From Phoronis australis (lineage: Eukaryota > Animalia > Phoronida): a stretch of DNA of 64,000 nt. The stretch is from the NCBI GenBank assembly GCA_002633005.1, contig NMRA01000021.1:1552896-1616895 (forward strand). Reading direction: 5' to 3'. The notes beneath the pieces are model-generated. The model ran no database searches. It was not told the DNA's origin and saw only the letters and a list, made by a program, of their open reading frames with translations. The translations under genes and the position numbers were made by a program. This document shows, piece by piece, positions 51,970 to 64,000 of the stretch. Each line of letters starts with the position of its first letter. The first letter of the stretch is position 1.

Positions 51970-53898
51970 TCAAATATCAATGTACTTGAACACTTTCAAG
52001 TTACCACTGCTGTACTCCAAGACGGCCACTTCACCAGGACCAGTAACATCAAGGTCAATAGGCCTGCTGACGTCATCACATGTGATGAGCACACGTGGGT
52101 GCTCTGACTGATCTGACATTAACACAACCTGGTTACTACCATGGTCAGCAACAAGAATGCGACCCCACTCATCAACACATACACCACGTGGAGATGCACT
52201 CAGTTGTCTACTGAATGTTTTAACTATGACTGGCTGCTTAAAGTCAATAACGTGTACACGACCTTGACCATAATCACTCACCACCAGATGTCCCTCGTTG
52301 TCTACACACACGTACCGTGGTGTGAATGTGGTCAGTCCAAGTGACTCCTTAGTGATCACTTTATTAACGTTACATTCAAAGTCAGCAATAAGAAGTCGTC
52401 CACCACCACCATCTGCCACAATAATCTGGTCATCATAACATGTAATACCACTCAGACCACTAAACACATTGGGTGTGACCTTCATCACCTGACCTTTACT
52501 ATTGTACCTCACCACACCTCGAATACCATGATAAGTAACAAAAATATCACCCTTGTCAGTACATGTTACACCAAAAGGGTACTTCAGGTTATGTTGACCT
52601 TGATCCACCTCAAACAGCAAACTACCACTAGATCTGTCAAACACTTTAACTTGATGACTGTTCCAATGAGCAGTAATCAACCAGTCGTCATTCACTGTCA
52701 GACCATAAGAATGATTGCCTCCCATATCGTAGTTGTGCACCAGTGTCACTTCCTCCCTTATATCAGGCTGACGACATCTCTCTGACACCCATGATTCCAC
52801 ACGCTTTTTCTCATGCTCTGTCACTGTCTTCCTTCTCAAATCAGGGATTTTCAAAGTGGGCGGATCCTGTCTGAACCCTGGTTTAACCACATCTTTTCCC
52901 AGCTTCTGAATGTCCAGGTTCTCCAGCCGCGCTTTAATGTCCTGAAATTGCTGAAGTTTTTCAACATCCTGTGCCGAGTCGATGATTTTTTGGCAGAATT
53001 TCAAAGTGCTACTTATGTTCACTCTGCTGAACTCAGCTTCATTGTACGCCATCTCAGCTTGTTTGCGGGCTTTTGCAATCTCCACTTTCAGTTCCGCAAT
53101 CGACTGATTCATCTTTGATTCAATTTCAACCAGAATGTCCTCTTTAAATGTGTTGTACACTTGTTGTATTTCGTTAATCAGCCGTTCTTCTTCTTCAACA
53201 AGATTGTCTAACACTTTCTTCCATTCTGCAGACAACATGATGGAATGATCTGAAGCCATTGTCCAGGGCTTCAGTAAACCTTTCATGACTTCAACAGCTT
53301 CCGCTGCAGCTTCTTCTACATTTTTCATTTCATGTTGTTTATGTTCAAGCATTGCGCACAAGAGACACAGAGGTTTTACGCAGTTCTCGCAGTAAATCTT
53401 CAACAACTCGCCAGCGTGTTTTGAGCAGTGGACTTGCTGGAACGTGCTAATTTCCTCCAAGTGCTGACCGCTCGTGACTTCCTCCAAACTGACCACATGG
53501 TGACCAACAGTCAGTTTAGTTAAACAATGAATGTCCGCACAACGTTGACAAAGATGGTCTCTACACTGAATGCACATCGATGTCGCTGAGTTGTCCCTAC
53601 CTTGAAGCTTACAAACATCACATTTGACTTCTCGCACTACTGGAAATAACTCACTTATCTGGATCAGATGGAGGTTACGTTTGAACCCTGTCACACCATC
53701 TGGAGGGACCTTGAATAACAACGTGCACACTGGACACGGGAAGGAACCATCTGCTTGTTTGTCATTCATGTGCTGCTCAATGCATTTTTCACAGAACGAG
53801 TGGAGGCATGGCAAACAGCGTGGATCTGTGATACGTTCTAAACAAATTGGACACTCAAGTATTCGCTGAAAGTTTTCTTCGTCCGTGCATTCAGCCAT
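51970..53898 (-). CDS. TRIM-NHL E3 ubiquitin ligase paralog, 642 aa, single coding exon
   Basis: Same RING-B-box-B-box-coiled coil-NHL architecture. Start MAECT after the acceptor tttctattacag. Open frame. Confidence 0.92.
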   Translation of the reverse strand: MAECTDEENFQRILECPICLERITDPRCLPCLHSFCEKCIEQHMNDKQADGSFPCPVCTLLFKVPPDGVTGFKRNLHLIQISELFPVVREVKCDVCKLQGRDNSATSMCIQCRDHLCQRCADIHCLTKLTVGHHVVSLEEVTSGQHLEEISTFQQVHCSKHAGELLKIYCENCVKPLCLLCAMLEHKQHEMKNVEEAAAEAVEVMKGLLKPWTMASDHSIMLSAEWKKVLDNLVEEEERLINEIQQVYNTFKEDILVEIESKMNQSIAELKVEIAKARKQAEMAYNEAEFSRVNISSTLKFCQKIIDSAQDVEKLQQFQDIKARLENLDIQKLGKDVVKPGFRQDPPTLKIPDLRRKTVTEHEKKRVESWVSERCRQPDIREEVTLVHNYDMGGNHSYGLTVNDDWLITAHWNSHQVKVFDRSSGSLLFEVDQGQHNLKYPFGVTCTDKGDIFVTYHGIRGVVRYNSKGQVMKVTPNVFSGLSGITCYDDQIIVADGGGGRLLIADFECNVNKVITKESLGLTTFTPRYVCVDNEGHLVVSDYGQGRVHVIDFKQPVIVKTFSRQLSASPRGVCVDEWGRILVADHGSNQVVLMSDQSEHPRVLITCDDVSRPIDLDVTGPGEVAVLEYSSGNLKVFKYIDI

Positions 53899-56800
53899 TG
53901 TCTGTAATAGAAATTTGGAAAAATAAAATATAACCAATATGTTAGTTTGCATACATTATACGTAAATGATGGACTTCAAGCATTAGTGTAACATGGACCA
54001 ATACAGATAACATTATACCAGATTTCGTTACACTACCAATTAATAATTTGTTCTGAATGGCTAAAACACCATCAGATCGTTTTTAAAAGTTATGTAAGAG
54101 CCTAGAGAAGTGCTCAAATTCAGCAAAATATCAGATTCATAACTTTCAGATACTACACTTTAGGCACTTTTAACCAAAACACTGTTAGGAATTTAGACAT
54201 TATCAAAAATAGCACTTTGATGATTTTTACTAACAAATGTATAAAAAGAAATTATTTGTGGTGACTTCAATTTAGTTCAAACTATAAGCACCAGAACAAT
54301 TCCATAAAGCAAAAGAATGAATACAAGAACAAATGAATCTTTTTGATGTAAAAAAATCTGATTAAAATAATTACAAGGAGGATTAAAAGCTGAAACCACA
54401 ATAACGCAAACAAGAACAGTTTTTCTAATGCTTCTAATACTCGCTACCAATTTATAATGACGATACAGCGGAAGATGTGCAAATAATGAAATTCAATTTA
54501 GAATTGATGATAACATTATATTCAGATGTATTATTTATGGAGAGAAGAGAACAGACAATTGCTTAATCGGTGAATAAAAAGAATCTACGAGTCTCAGACA
54601 GAAAGGAAAAAAAACGGAAATTGGTCGAATACCGGCCGTCGACCAGTCGTCTAGCCTACCAGCAGCTGACCAGCAACGGTCGGCTAGGAGCCGTCTGCTG
54701 AGTCGGCTCTGTGGTCGACACTTGGGTCGGCTAAGTGGTCGCCTAGCGTAGACGACCAATTCGGATTAAGCGTGTCCTTGGTCGGCAATTACCATTTTAT
54801 GACTTAGCGGGTGAACTTTGGCCAAACAAACATTTAACTGTTCGCTGTTCGTTCACCAGTGGCAACTCTGGTCTTGACATCGGTTTATCAACTTTTGTTC
54901 AACTTTTGAAAGGAGGTAAAATCAAATCAACCTACAAATACGAAGTGCGTGACATTACACCAGCCTAAAACTTTATGTTGAATTAATGACGGCATGGTAA
55001 AATCAAACGTTACGTGATATCGCAGAAACATAATTTCTAACTTTAGATATGAGATTTTTAATACAGTACATTATGCATAAAAAACAAGCACGAAATTTGA
55101 AATTTTACAATAAATTGTATAAAAATTAGAATACAACGCTTGATGTTTTCATGACGCGGAATGCTCAACAAGCAGCACGTATTTTCGCTCATCCGTTATT
55201 GCTCTTGATCATCACTTCATCACGCTGTATATTGCGCTTTACCACAGATAATTATTGTTTATTTCTGTATAATTTCTTAATGTGTTGGTACAGCAATAGA
55301 ACCCAAATTTATTTTAGGAACAACATAAACAATGGTTTGAACATAGCGCCGATATTAAGATCATAGGCGTATAAAAACGGAAGAATGTGATAGGTTTATA
55401 GAGTCGTCCATCATCCATCATCATTCAGAATTTGTTGCCATTTTCGTAGTAAAAAATCGTTTCGAAGCTAGAGCCATCTTATCTAGCCAGCTAGCTGTAT
55501 GAAGACTATTTTCAAAATACAGCAAGGTGCCACTGTGTATTGAGCTCAAACAGATCTCGAAATTTCACACAGCCCGGATAGTTACATGTACGCTCGTCAC
55601 CTCGTCGTGAAGCTTGAATCAACAGGAGCTTAAGACCGGCGGGTGTGCATGCAAAATCTGGAAGTCAATTGACATTCAACTTGCCCGTTACGGCCGTTTA
55701 AGCGAAAAACATCCGACGTCATCTTCTTGCGTAATTCTCCCGGTTGCCTCTTGTAACGAAAAAACGTATGTCGTCGTTTTGAAAAGAGTTCATTCGTGAC
55801 ACGCGCCACTTCCAAAATGTTTTCGACATCTCCCATTAGATGATGACAACATCTAGGAAAATTTGTTCTAAAATTCGGTTTACTGATATCAAAATTCCAA
55901 AAACATATAATGAAGTGAAACCAATTCTGATCATTTGTTGTGACGTTTACGCAACCTCGAGGGAGAACGTTTGATTGCCCAGTGAAGAATCTGGGAAAAA
56001 TAAAATGGCTAATAGGTGACGCAATATTTCATTGTGTCGAAAGTCGATGCAAAAGATCAAACCATAACTTTAGCAACAAAATAATTGTAGGAAAACAATT
56101 TTTTAACGCTGGTAAATAATTTATATTACTCTAGAAAGAGTTTATTGGGTCAGTTTTTACCCACAACGGCGCAAAATTGTATATTCAATTTAGTAAATAG
56201 CTTCGCACCAAGGCTAGAGCCTTCCGAGCCTTTTGGCGTAAGAACACAATACTTGGCGTTTCACGTATACTCCAAGAGGTAAAACTTTGAAAATAATACT
56301 TTCGGGGTAACTTGGTACATATAATCCTAAAGAAAGTAGTCTGTGTTTTCATGTAGAGCGTAAAAATGATTAACCCAGTGATTCAAAAAGAACACTCTCG
56401 CAAACGAAAATGCACACAATTTTCAGTTCTATTACACAGGTTAAAAAACAACTTCTATAAGTTTCTTGCATCGATTCTAGTGATCACCAGGGCAAGTCAA
56501 AACTCTTAAGGGGGCGCAATTTCAAACCTTTGGCATGAATCAGTGTTATAAAAATGGATTTAGACCGACGTTTATTCATCAACAATGTAGACACAACAGT
56601 TACAGACACTGACTGTAGAATCCAGACCTTAATTGTTACAGTAAACTTGTTTATAACATTGAATTAGATTCCAGACATGTACATCTGTCACACTCACTAA
56701 ACTTACATGACGTAGTCTAAAATACTGACTTGAAGATATCATCAAAAATGTTTGTGTTGTACTTCACAAAAATTCCACTATCATCATATGAAACAAAACT

Positions 56801-57760
56801 TGTCTACAATTCACAGAAAATTATTTGTCTAACTTTTTCAAACTGAAAATTAAAATTCTCTGCATACAACTGTACGTCTGCTAATTTCCTCATCAAACAA
56901 AAAGAAAGAAATTGACTAGTCAAGCAGTGAAAGACCCCATTGCGACCTCACACTTGATGGATTTATTACTATTCTAGTCAGAAACAATATAAATCACAAT
57001 TATACAAAATGTTGGTCTCAAATGGATTTGCCCTTGGCATTCTATGGATACATGTATGAGCCCTTAGAAATCATGTATGTGTAGCTTTTATTTAAGAGTG
57101 GAAAATGTGTTTTCAATCCTCCTAGTGTGAAGTTTAGGTGGACAATGGAGTTTTACATCCATGCTGTACCAGTTTAAGGCTGTCATACTTAAGAGTGTTT
57201 CGGGGAGATTTACTAGCAGCTTTCAGCTCTCATAGGAACATTGACTTGTGTATAGTGATCTAATAATTTAGGTGAGCAAGTGGAGTTAAACGTACAGTCC
57301 CGTAATTCAAAAAGACAATTTCAGTATGACAAAGAAAATTACTTATCTCAAGAATTTGATGTACTGTATAGACTCACGTATACACAATCTAGCTTTGAGA
57401 GTTAAAGATAAGAATAAATACTATATAAATAAGCCCTTGCAGCAAATATGTGTACCTAATGGAGACGGTCTCAAGGTGCAGTGAAAGACTTCTTCGGTCC
57501 GATTTGACCATAGTTTCAAGAGCATTGTAAGACATGCGCTTTCATTAGGATGTGTGCACCAGTAAATATTCTTATGGAAATCTCCAACATAACAACAAGC
57601 GATGAAGTCAATCTCTCAATTAGCTCAGATGTGTGTGGCGAATATCCAGTTAACGCGGTTACTATGTTGTGGATGCACATCTCTCTATTCCCGCTAGGAT
57701 TCAGCTTGTGGTTTTCCTATGGCAGTGTTCATTATGACTGTGTGCGGCCTGAGCGGAGAT

Positions 57761-60700
57761 TGTTACGCCATTGCATTGTTATTCGTACGACTGGTGGGAG
57801 CCCTTCCGGTTCCGCCTCGTTGTAGTGTCGGCTGCAAATTAAACTGGTTAAACTTACAACTCTTTGTCTAGTTTATCTGACGTGGTGGCAGCGACATGGC
57901 TACAACCCGAGCTCCAAAACAGTGGCCGCTCTCTAAAAATGAGACTATTACTTTATTTTATAGCTAGAGGCAGAATTTATTATACATCCTTTCATTGGAC
58001 CCTCACTTTGCGCCATTTCTTGTCGACGGCGTTAGTTGGCTAAAAAACAGCCGCTGCTCCATTGCGTGGTCTGACCGACAACCCCGACGACACCCCTGAA
58101 CCACAGCGGCGTTCTGCTCACATGAAACTGGCTCATATAGAACTCATGCTGGGACAAATTGCTAATTTTTGTCTCGTCATATCCCGTAATTCTGTCGTGA
58201 AGTCATCCACCTCTGTCCAGGAGATTTGGCAGGAAATCCGCCAACATTTCGGATTCGCTTCCACAGGAGCACATTTCTTAGACGTTGGACTCTTATCATT
58301 AGATCCAAATGAACGTCCCGAAGACCTATTCCAGCGCCTCACTGCTTTTTGAGGATAACTTACTCACCGTTGGGTGTGGCATAACGCATCATGGCGAAGC
58401 TGTCGACATCGACGAATACATGACTCCCTCCCTCGAAAATACTATTGTGTTCTTATGGTTACAGATGGTCAACCCAGGATTACCCCCAACTTGTTAAAAA
58501 AACGTACTATACGGCGCGGAGATGAGAAACAAGTCCCTTGCCTCCATCAAGACTGAAATTTCTCAAGCTATGAACTCACTACTTGATGAGATTAGGTGCA
58601 TCGAGAACACTCGCTCCATGCGCATAACCAGCTCGAAGACAAACCCCCCTCGCCGCCGTAGAACCCCGTCGTGCGTCTTATGCACCACCGCCCGCCGCAC
58701 TCCCTCAGACCACTTCCTGTCTCGGTGCTCGTTCCTCCCGCCTGACGACAAGCGCGCCTTTCTCAAGACCCGTTCCACCGACGTTGACGAGGCTACCGAG
58801 GAGGACTTCGCTGAAGACACAATATCTTGCGAGCAGTTTTGTCCTGACTCCGTTGTCGCGTTTCGCGTCCACATAGTCCAGTCTCCTTATCTCGACACAT
58901 TTGTTGGTCAAACCCCCGTGCGTTTGACATTTGACTGTAGTGCAACAGGAAACATGATTAGCGGATCGTGTGCACGTTCGCTGGGCGCGAATGTTCGTAA
59001 AAAATCCCAAACCGCCTTCCAGGCCGATGGTACATCTACTCAACAGGTTGTGGGGGAAACTCGACTTGTCTTCACACGAGACAAGCATTTCTTCGTTTTT
59101 CACGGTCTTGTTATCGAGTCTTTTGACGTAGACGTCTTGGCAGCAACCCCATTTATGACTTACAACGAAATTTCAGTACGACCTGCTCGCAAGTTTATCA
59201 CATTGGCCGACGGATCTACATACACTTATGGCCAATACGTAAACCAATACCCACGAGACACGGCACGACTGTCCCACTTATTACGTGCTCCACCTCACGC
59301 GACAGCCATCTGGCCTGGTGATTGTCCGATTTCACCAATCCTGATGAACATCTTGCAATCCAAACTCGCTGCGACAGCATTAGCCTCCGCTCCACGGGTG
59401 TTTCCCAGCTATGGCCACAACCTGCCATTCTTGCTCCGACTAATGGCAAGATTCGCCTGTTCAACGTCACCGATGAACCACTATATTTGCGACGAGATGA
59501 GCAGTTTTACCAGATACACGCCGTGTTCACTCCTTCGGAGGTTCCATCTGGATCCCCGACAGCCACCCAATGTACCTCATCCCCCAAAACTACCTTGGAT
59601 CATCATCGCTTTATTCCCGTTGATCCCGACAATATTCTGCAAGATGCAGATCAGGACAGGTTCCACGCCCTGCATCGCAAATTTGCTCATGTATTTGATC
59701 CGCAATACCCCGTGTACAACGGCGATGCAGGTCCGTTTGAGGCCGTTGTCAATATGGGTCCTACGCAGCCTCCACAGACGAAAGGTCGCCTCCCCCAATA
59801 CTCCAAGGACAAGCTCCTGGAATTGCAACAAAAATTCGACGAGCTGGAGCTCCTGGGAGTATTCGCCCGCCCAGAGGATGTTGGTATTACAGTAGAATGT
59901 CTTAATCCCTCGTTTCTAGCCAAGAAACCCCACGGAGGTTTTCGTTTAGTTACAGCATTTTCAGACGTCGGCCGGTACGCCAAGCCCCAACCATTTCTCA
60001 TGCCTGACGTAGATACCGTGCTTCGGAAGATTGCTCAATGGAAGTTCATCATCAAGACTGATCTTACAAGTGCCTCCTATCAAATTCCTTTGTCACGATA
60101 GTCCATGAAATATTGTGGTGTATTCACACCTTTCCGAGGTATCCGTGTCTACGCACGTTGCGCCATGGGTATTCCCGGTTTGGAAACCGCGTTGGAAGAG
60201 TTGACGTGTCGTGTATTGGGAGAGCTTTTGGAAGAAGGAGCCGTCACCAAGCTCGCTGACGATCTATACTGTGGTGGTCAGACTATCACAGAGTTGATTA
60301 CCAACTGGAAAAGGATGCTATATGCATTGTCCACGGCGGATCTCCGTCTATCTTCTACAAAGACAGTCATAGCCCCACGACGCACAGAAGTCCTCGGCTG
60401 GATTTGGGAGATGGGTACTTTACAAGCTAGCTCACATCGGATAGCTGCTTTCTCGTCTTGTCCCAAACCTGGTACTGTTCGGCAAATGAGATCTTTCATT
60501 TGGAGCCGTGAAAGCTATGTCAAGAGCCCTGCCTTACTGTGCTTCTTTCATCGCCCAACTGGACTCCGCTATATCGGGATGCGATTCCAAAGACCGCATT
60601 ACCTGGACCGATGAGTTACATGTTGCCTTCACCTCAGCCCAAAAGGCATTGTCCACGCATCAAACTATCACTCTACCCAGACCGGACGATCAGCTGTGGA

Positions 60701-62302
60701 TAGTCACGGATGCCTCCGCCAAACACCCGGGCATCGCTGGTACACTGTGTCTCTCTCGTGAGGACACGCCACGTGTCTGCGGCTTCTTCAGTGCGAAACT
60801 GAAAACACGTCAAGTTACTTGCCTCCCATGCGAAATTGAAGCCCTCGCCATTGCTGCTTCCGTGAAACATTTTAGCCCTTATCTGATTCAGTCAGCGCAT
60901 CCTGCTATCATACTTACTGGCAGCAAGCCTTGTGTACAAGCTTTCAAGAAACTCTGCAGGGGCGAATTCTCAGTCAGTCCTCGCGTGTCGACGTTTCTCT
61001 CCACCGTTTCTCGCATCAGGCTATCGTTCGTCACGTATCTGGTGCCACTAACATCGTCTCCGACTTTGCGAGTCGCCATAGCCCAGAGTGCACCGACGCT
61101 TCTTGCCAAGTGTGCCTTTTCGTGAACACTCTGGAAGATTGTGTGGTGTTCCATGCGACTGCTGCCGAGGTCCTTCAGGGANGGACAAACTCCTCGAACA
61201 TCATCGCATTTCAATTGAGATCGGACGCATCAAGAATCCCAACCATAGTCCTGTCGCAGAGAAGGCCATACAGGAATTGTCACACGAGTTACTGCGTGAT
61301 CAGCAAAGAACCGGCAGTGTCAGTTCCTTACAGCTGGCCGTAGCTGTTGCTCGATTGAACAGCCGCCTTCGCTCCACCGGATTGTCTGCCAGAGAGATGT
61401 AGTTTCACCAGTTCACCAATTGCCAGTTTATGACAACTTGTTGATCTCTTCCCAACGAGAACGGCGCTCCATCAACCATGGACCAAGTGCACGATCCAAG
61501 GCTCCTATGGCCAACCAGGCAGTAGAATGCGACGCATCCATCGGCGATATCGTTTACCTCTACTCTGATAGGGACAAGACCAGAGCCCGTCCACGATACC
61601 TCGTGGTTGCTTCCGATGGCGTGTGGTTGAGTGTTCGTAAATTTTCTGGAAATCAGTTACGTAATGCTTCTTACCGTGTCAAACGCAGCGAGTGTTACCG
61701 TGTTCCGTCAGAGATTTCTGACATTCCAGCTGCATCACATGTCACTGCCCCTTGTGGCCACGATGACGACGACGAGTTCCCACCGTCTTCCGCTGTTCCA
61801 GTATCGGTTTCATCATTGCCCTCGTCCTGCGATCCAGCTCCATGGTGCAACAACGGTGTACTACCTTCACGTGGCTCACTTGCCGCCCCAGCTGTGCCAT
61901 CCACCATCGTTCCTCCCCCTTATGCATCTCGCCAGCTTGGTTCAACGACAACGCCTGCTGTTGTACCCCCCGTCTTTCCTGCTCATCCAGCGGCCCAGAG
62001 AATATCGCAACGGCTGCGCCACAAACCTCATTGGCAAACGAACGATTGGCTTTATGACTGATTTTAGCTACTTTGGTAACGCCATAGTAACTTATTAGCA
62101 CTGCGTTTACTATTTTTGTTTTCTACTACCCGTTCTTAGTGTAAGTTTACCTCATTTTCTGTGACAGAAGAGGCAATCACGCCATTGCATTGTTATTCGT
62201 ACGACTGTGTTTGGGGAGAGCTCTTCCGGTTCGACCTCGTTGTGTTGTCGGCTGCGAATTAAACTCGTTAAACTTACAACTCATTGTCTAGTTTATCTAT
62301 CG
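57761..62302 (+). mobile_element. Degenerate Ty3/Gypsy LTR retrotransposon (gag-PR-RT-RH-INT), short ~120-bp LTRs
   Basis: LTRs at ~57761-57882 and ~62177-62302. PBS TGGTGGCAGCG (57883-57893, tRNA-Leu-like). Purine tract agaagagg before the 3' LTR. gag starts MATTRAPKQW at 57896. RT motifs GGFRLV, KTDL and KLADDLY; RNase H VTDAS; integrase end NPNHSPVAE and GDIVYL. Many stops and frameshifts; N at 61182. Confidence 0.9.
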
Positions 62303-62677
62303 CTATTATTTCTATTCAGGGCCTGGCATTGATATCATCTTAATGGGCCGCTCACCGGGAAAGGGACCAATGATGGAAATGATTACCTTCATATTCCTGT
62401 TTTTGTGAAATCATACCGGAAGCCTTTTATGTTAAGGTAATAAACTTCTTGAAGGGTCAGACTATGGTGGTAATTAACTTTCTCTCTTTTCAATTTTTAA
62501 TAAATTTAGCCTTTCGTATTTAAAGGCGTCCTCTTTCGCAGGCACTGAATTGGCCCTTTGCCCAATGAGGCAAAAAAATGCTCACGAGAGAAAAATTTGA
62601 GATTCCAAACTAATCTAAGAACAGGAACTACAAAAATTCGTGCAAAGGAAAAAGAGATTCAAGGCATTTGGCCAAAN

Positions 62678-64000
62678 AAAAATTCCCAAACCGCCTTCCA
62701 AGCCGATGGTACATCTACTCTACACGTTGTGGGGGAAACTCGACTTGTCTTCATACGTGACAAGCATTCCTTCGTTTTTCACGGTCTTGTTATCGAGTCT
62801 CTTGACGTAGACGTCTTGGCAGCAACCCCATTTATGACTTACAACGACATTTCAGTACGACCTGCTCGTAAGGTTGGCCGACGGATCTACTTACACTTAT
62901 GGCCAACCCGTAAACCAATACCCACGACCCACAGCACGACTGTTCCACGTATTACGTGCTCCACCTCACGCGACAGCCATCTGGCCTGGTGATTGTCTTG
63001 AGTTGGAGGCCACGTCCGATTTCACCGATCCTGAAGAACATCTTGCAATCGAACCTCGCTGCGACAGCATTAGCCTCCGCTCCACGGGTGTTTCCCAGCT
63101 ATGGCCACAACCCGCCATTCTTGCTCCGACTAATGGCCAAATTCGCCTGTTTAACAACACCGATGAACCACGATTTTTGCGACGAGATGAGCAGTTTTGC
63201 CAGGTACACGCCGTGTTCATTCCTTCAGAGGTTCCATCTGGATCCCCGACAGCTTCCCAATGTATCTCATCCCCCAAAACTACCTTGGATCATCATCGCT
63301 TTGTTGCCGTTGATCTCGACAATATTCAGCATGCTGCAGATCGGGACAGGTTCCACGCCCTGCATCGAGAATTTGCTCATGCATTTCATCCGCAATACCC
63401 TGGGTACATCGGCGCCGCAGGCCCGTTTGAGGCCGTTGTCAACATGGGTCCTACGCAACCTCCACATAGGAAAAGTCGCCTCCCCCAATACTCCAAGGAC
63501 AAGCTCCTGGAATTGCAACAAAAATTCAACTGGAGTATTCGCCCGTCCAGAGGATGTTGGTATTACAGTAGAATATCTTAATCCCTCGTTTCAAGTCAAG
63601 AAGCCCCACGGAGGTTTTCGTTTAGTTACAGTATTTTCAGATGTCGGCCGGTACGCCAGGCCCAAACCATCTCTCCTGCCTGACGTAGATTTCGTGCTTC
63701 GGAAGATTGCTCAATGGAAGTTCATTATCAAGACTGATCTTAAGAATGCCTTCAATCAAATTCCTTTGTCACGAGAGTCCACATTGTGGCGTATCCACAC
63801 CTTTCCGAGGTATCCGTGTCTACGCACGTTGCGCCATGGGTATGCCCGGTTCGGAAACCGATTTGAAAGAGTTAACGTGTCGTGTATTGGGAGAGCTTTT
63901 GGAAGAAGGAGCAGTCACCAAGCTCGCTGACGACCTATACTGTGGTGGTCAGACTATCACAGAGTTGATTACCAACTGGAAAAGGGTGCTATATGCATTG
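62678..64000 (+). mobile_element. Second partial copy of the same Gypsy family (protease to RT), running off the window
   Basis: Highly similar to ~59000-60330. Starts right after the N at 62677 and is frameshifted. Confidence 0.9.

Larger units (their letters stand above)
46615..57766. repeat. Segmental duplication unit 2
   Basis: Colinear with 23365-41429. It is interrupted on the right by the Gypsy element. Confidence 0.88.

Overview
AT-rich metazoan genomic DNA (probably a marine invertebrate; species not determinable) with spliceosomal introns. It contains: (1) a complete PARP3-like gene with 10 coding exons on the minus strand (3583-14695, 531 aa). (2) Head-to-head with it, a 6-exon plus-strand gene that the ORF track shows only in pieces (19474-26471, about 435 aa). 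Its spliced product is a putative mitochondrial presequence, two DHX30-N-terminal-type dsRNA-binding domains and an intronless DIRS/Ngaro-type RNase H with all four catalytic acidic residues. This looks like a domesticated retrotransposon RNase H fused to host dsRBDs and is the main finding. (3) A tandem segmental duplication (~23365-41429 vs ~46615-57766) carrying a pseudogenised copy of that gene, two intact TRIM-NHL genes with single coding exons and one TRIM pseudogene fragment. (4) Many transposon remnants: a 5.4-kb stack of Helentron-type non-autonomous elements, MITEs, L1/Tx1 LINE fragments, a tRNA-derived SINE, a Penelope-like hammerhead motif and two degenerate Ty3/Gypsy copies. Single N characters at 18876, 61182 and 62677 probably mark assembly joins. 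All homology calls are from motif recognition by eye; no database search was run.
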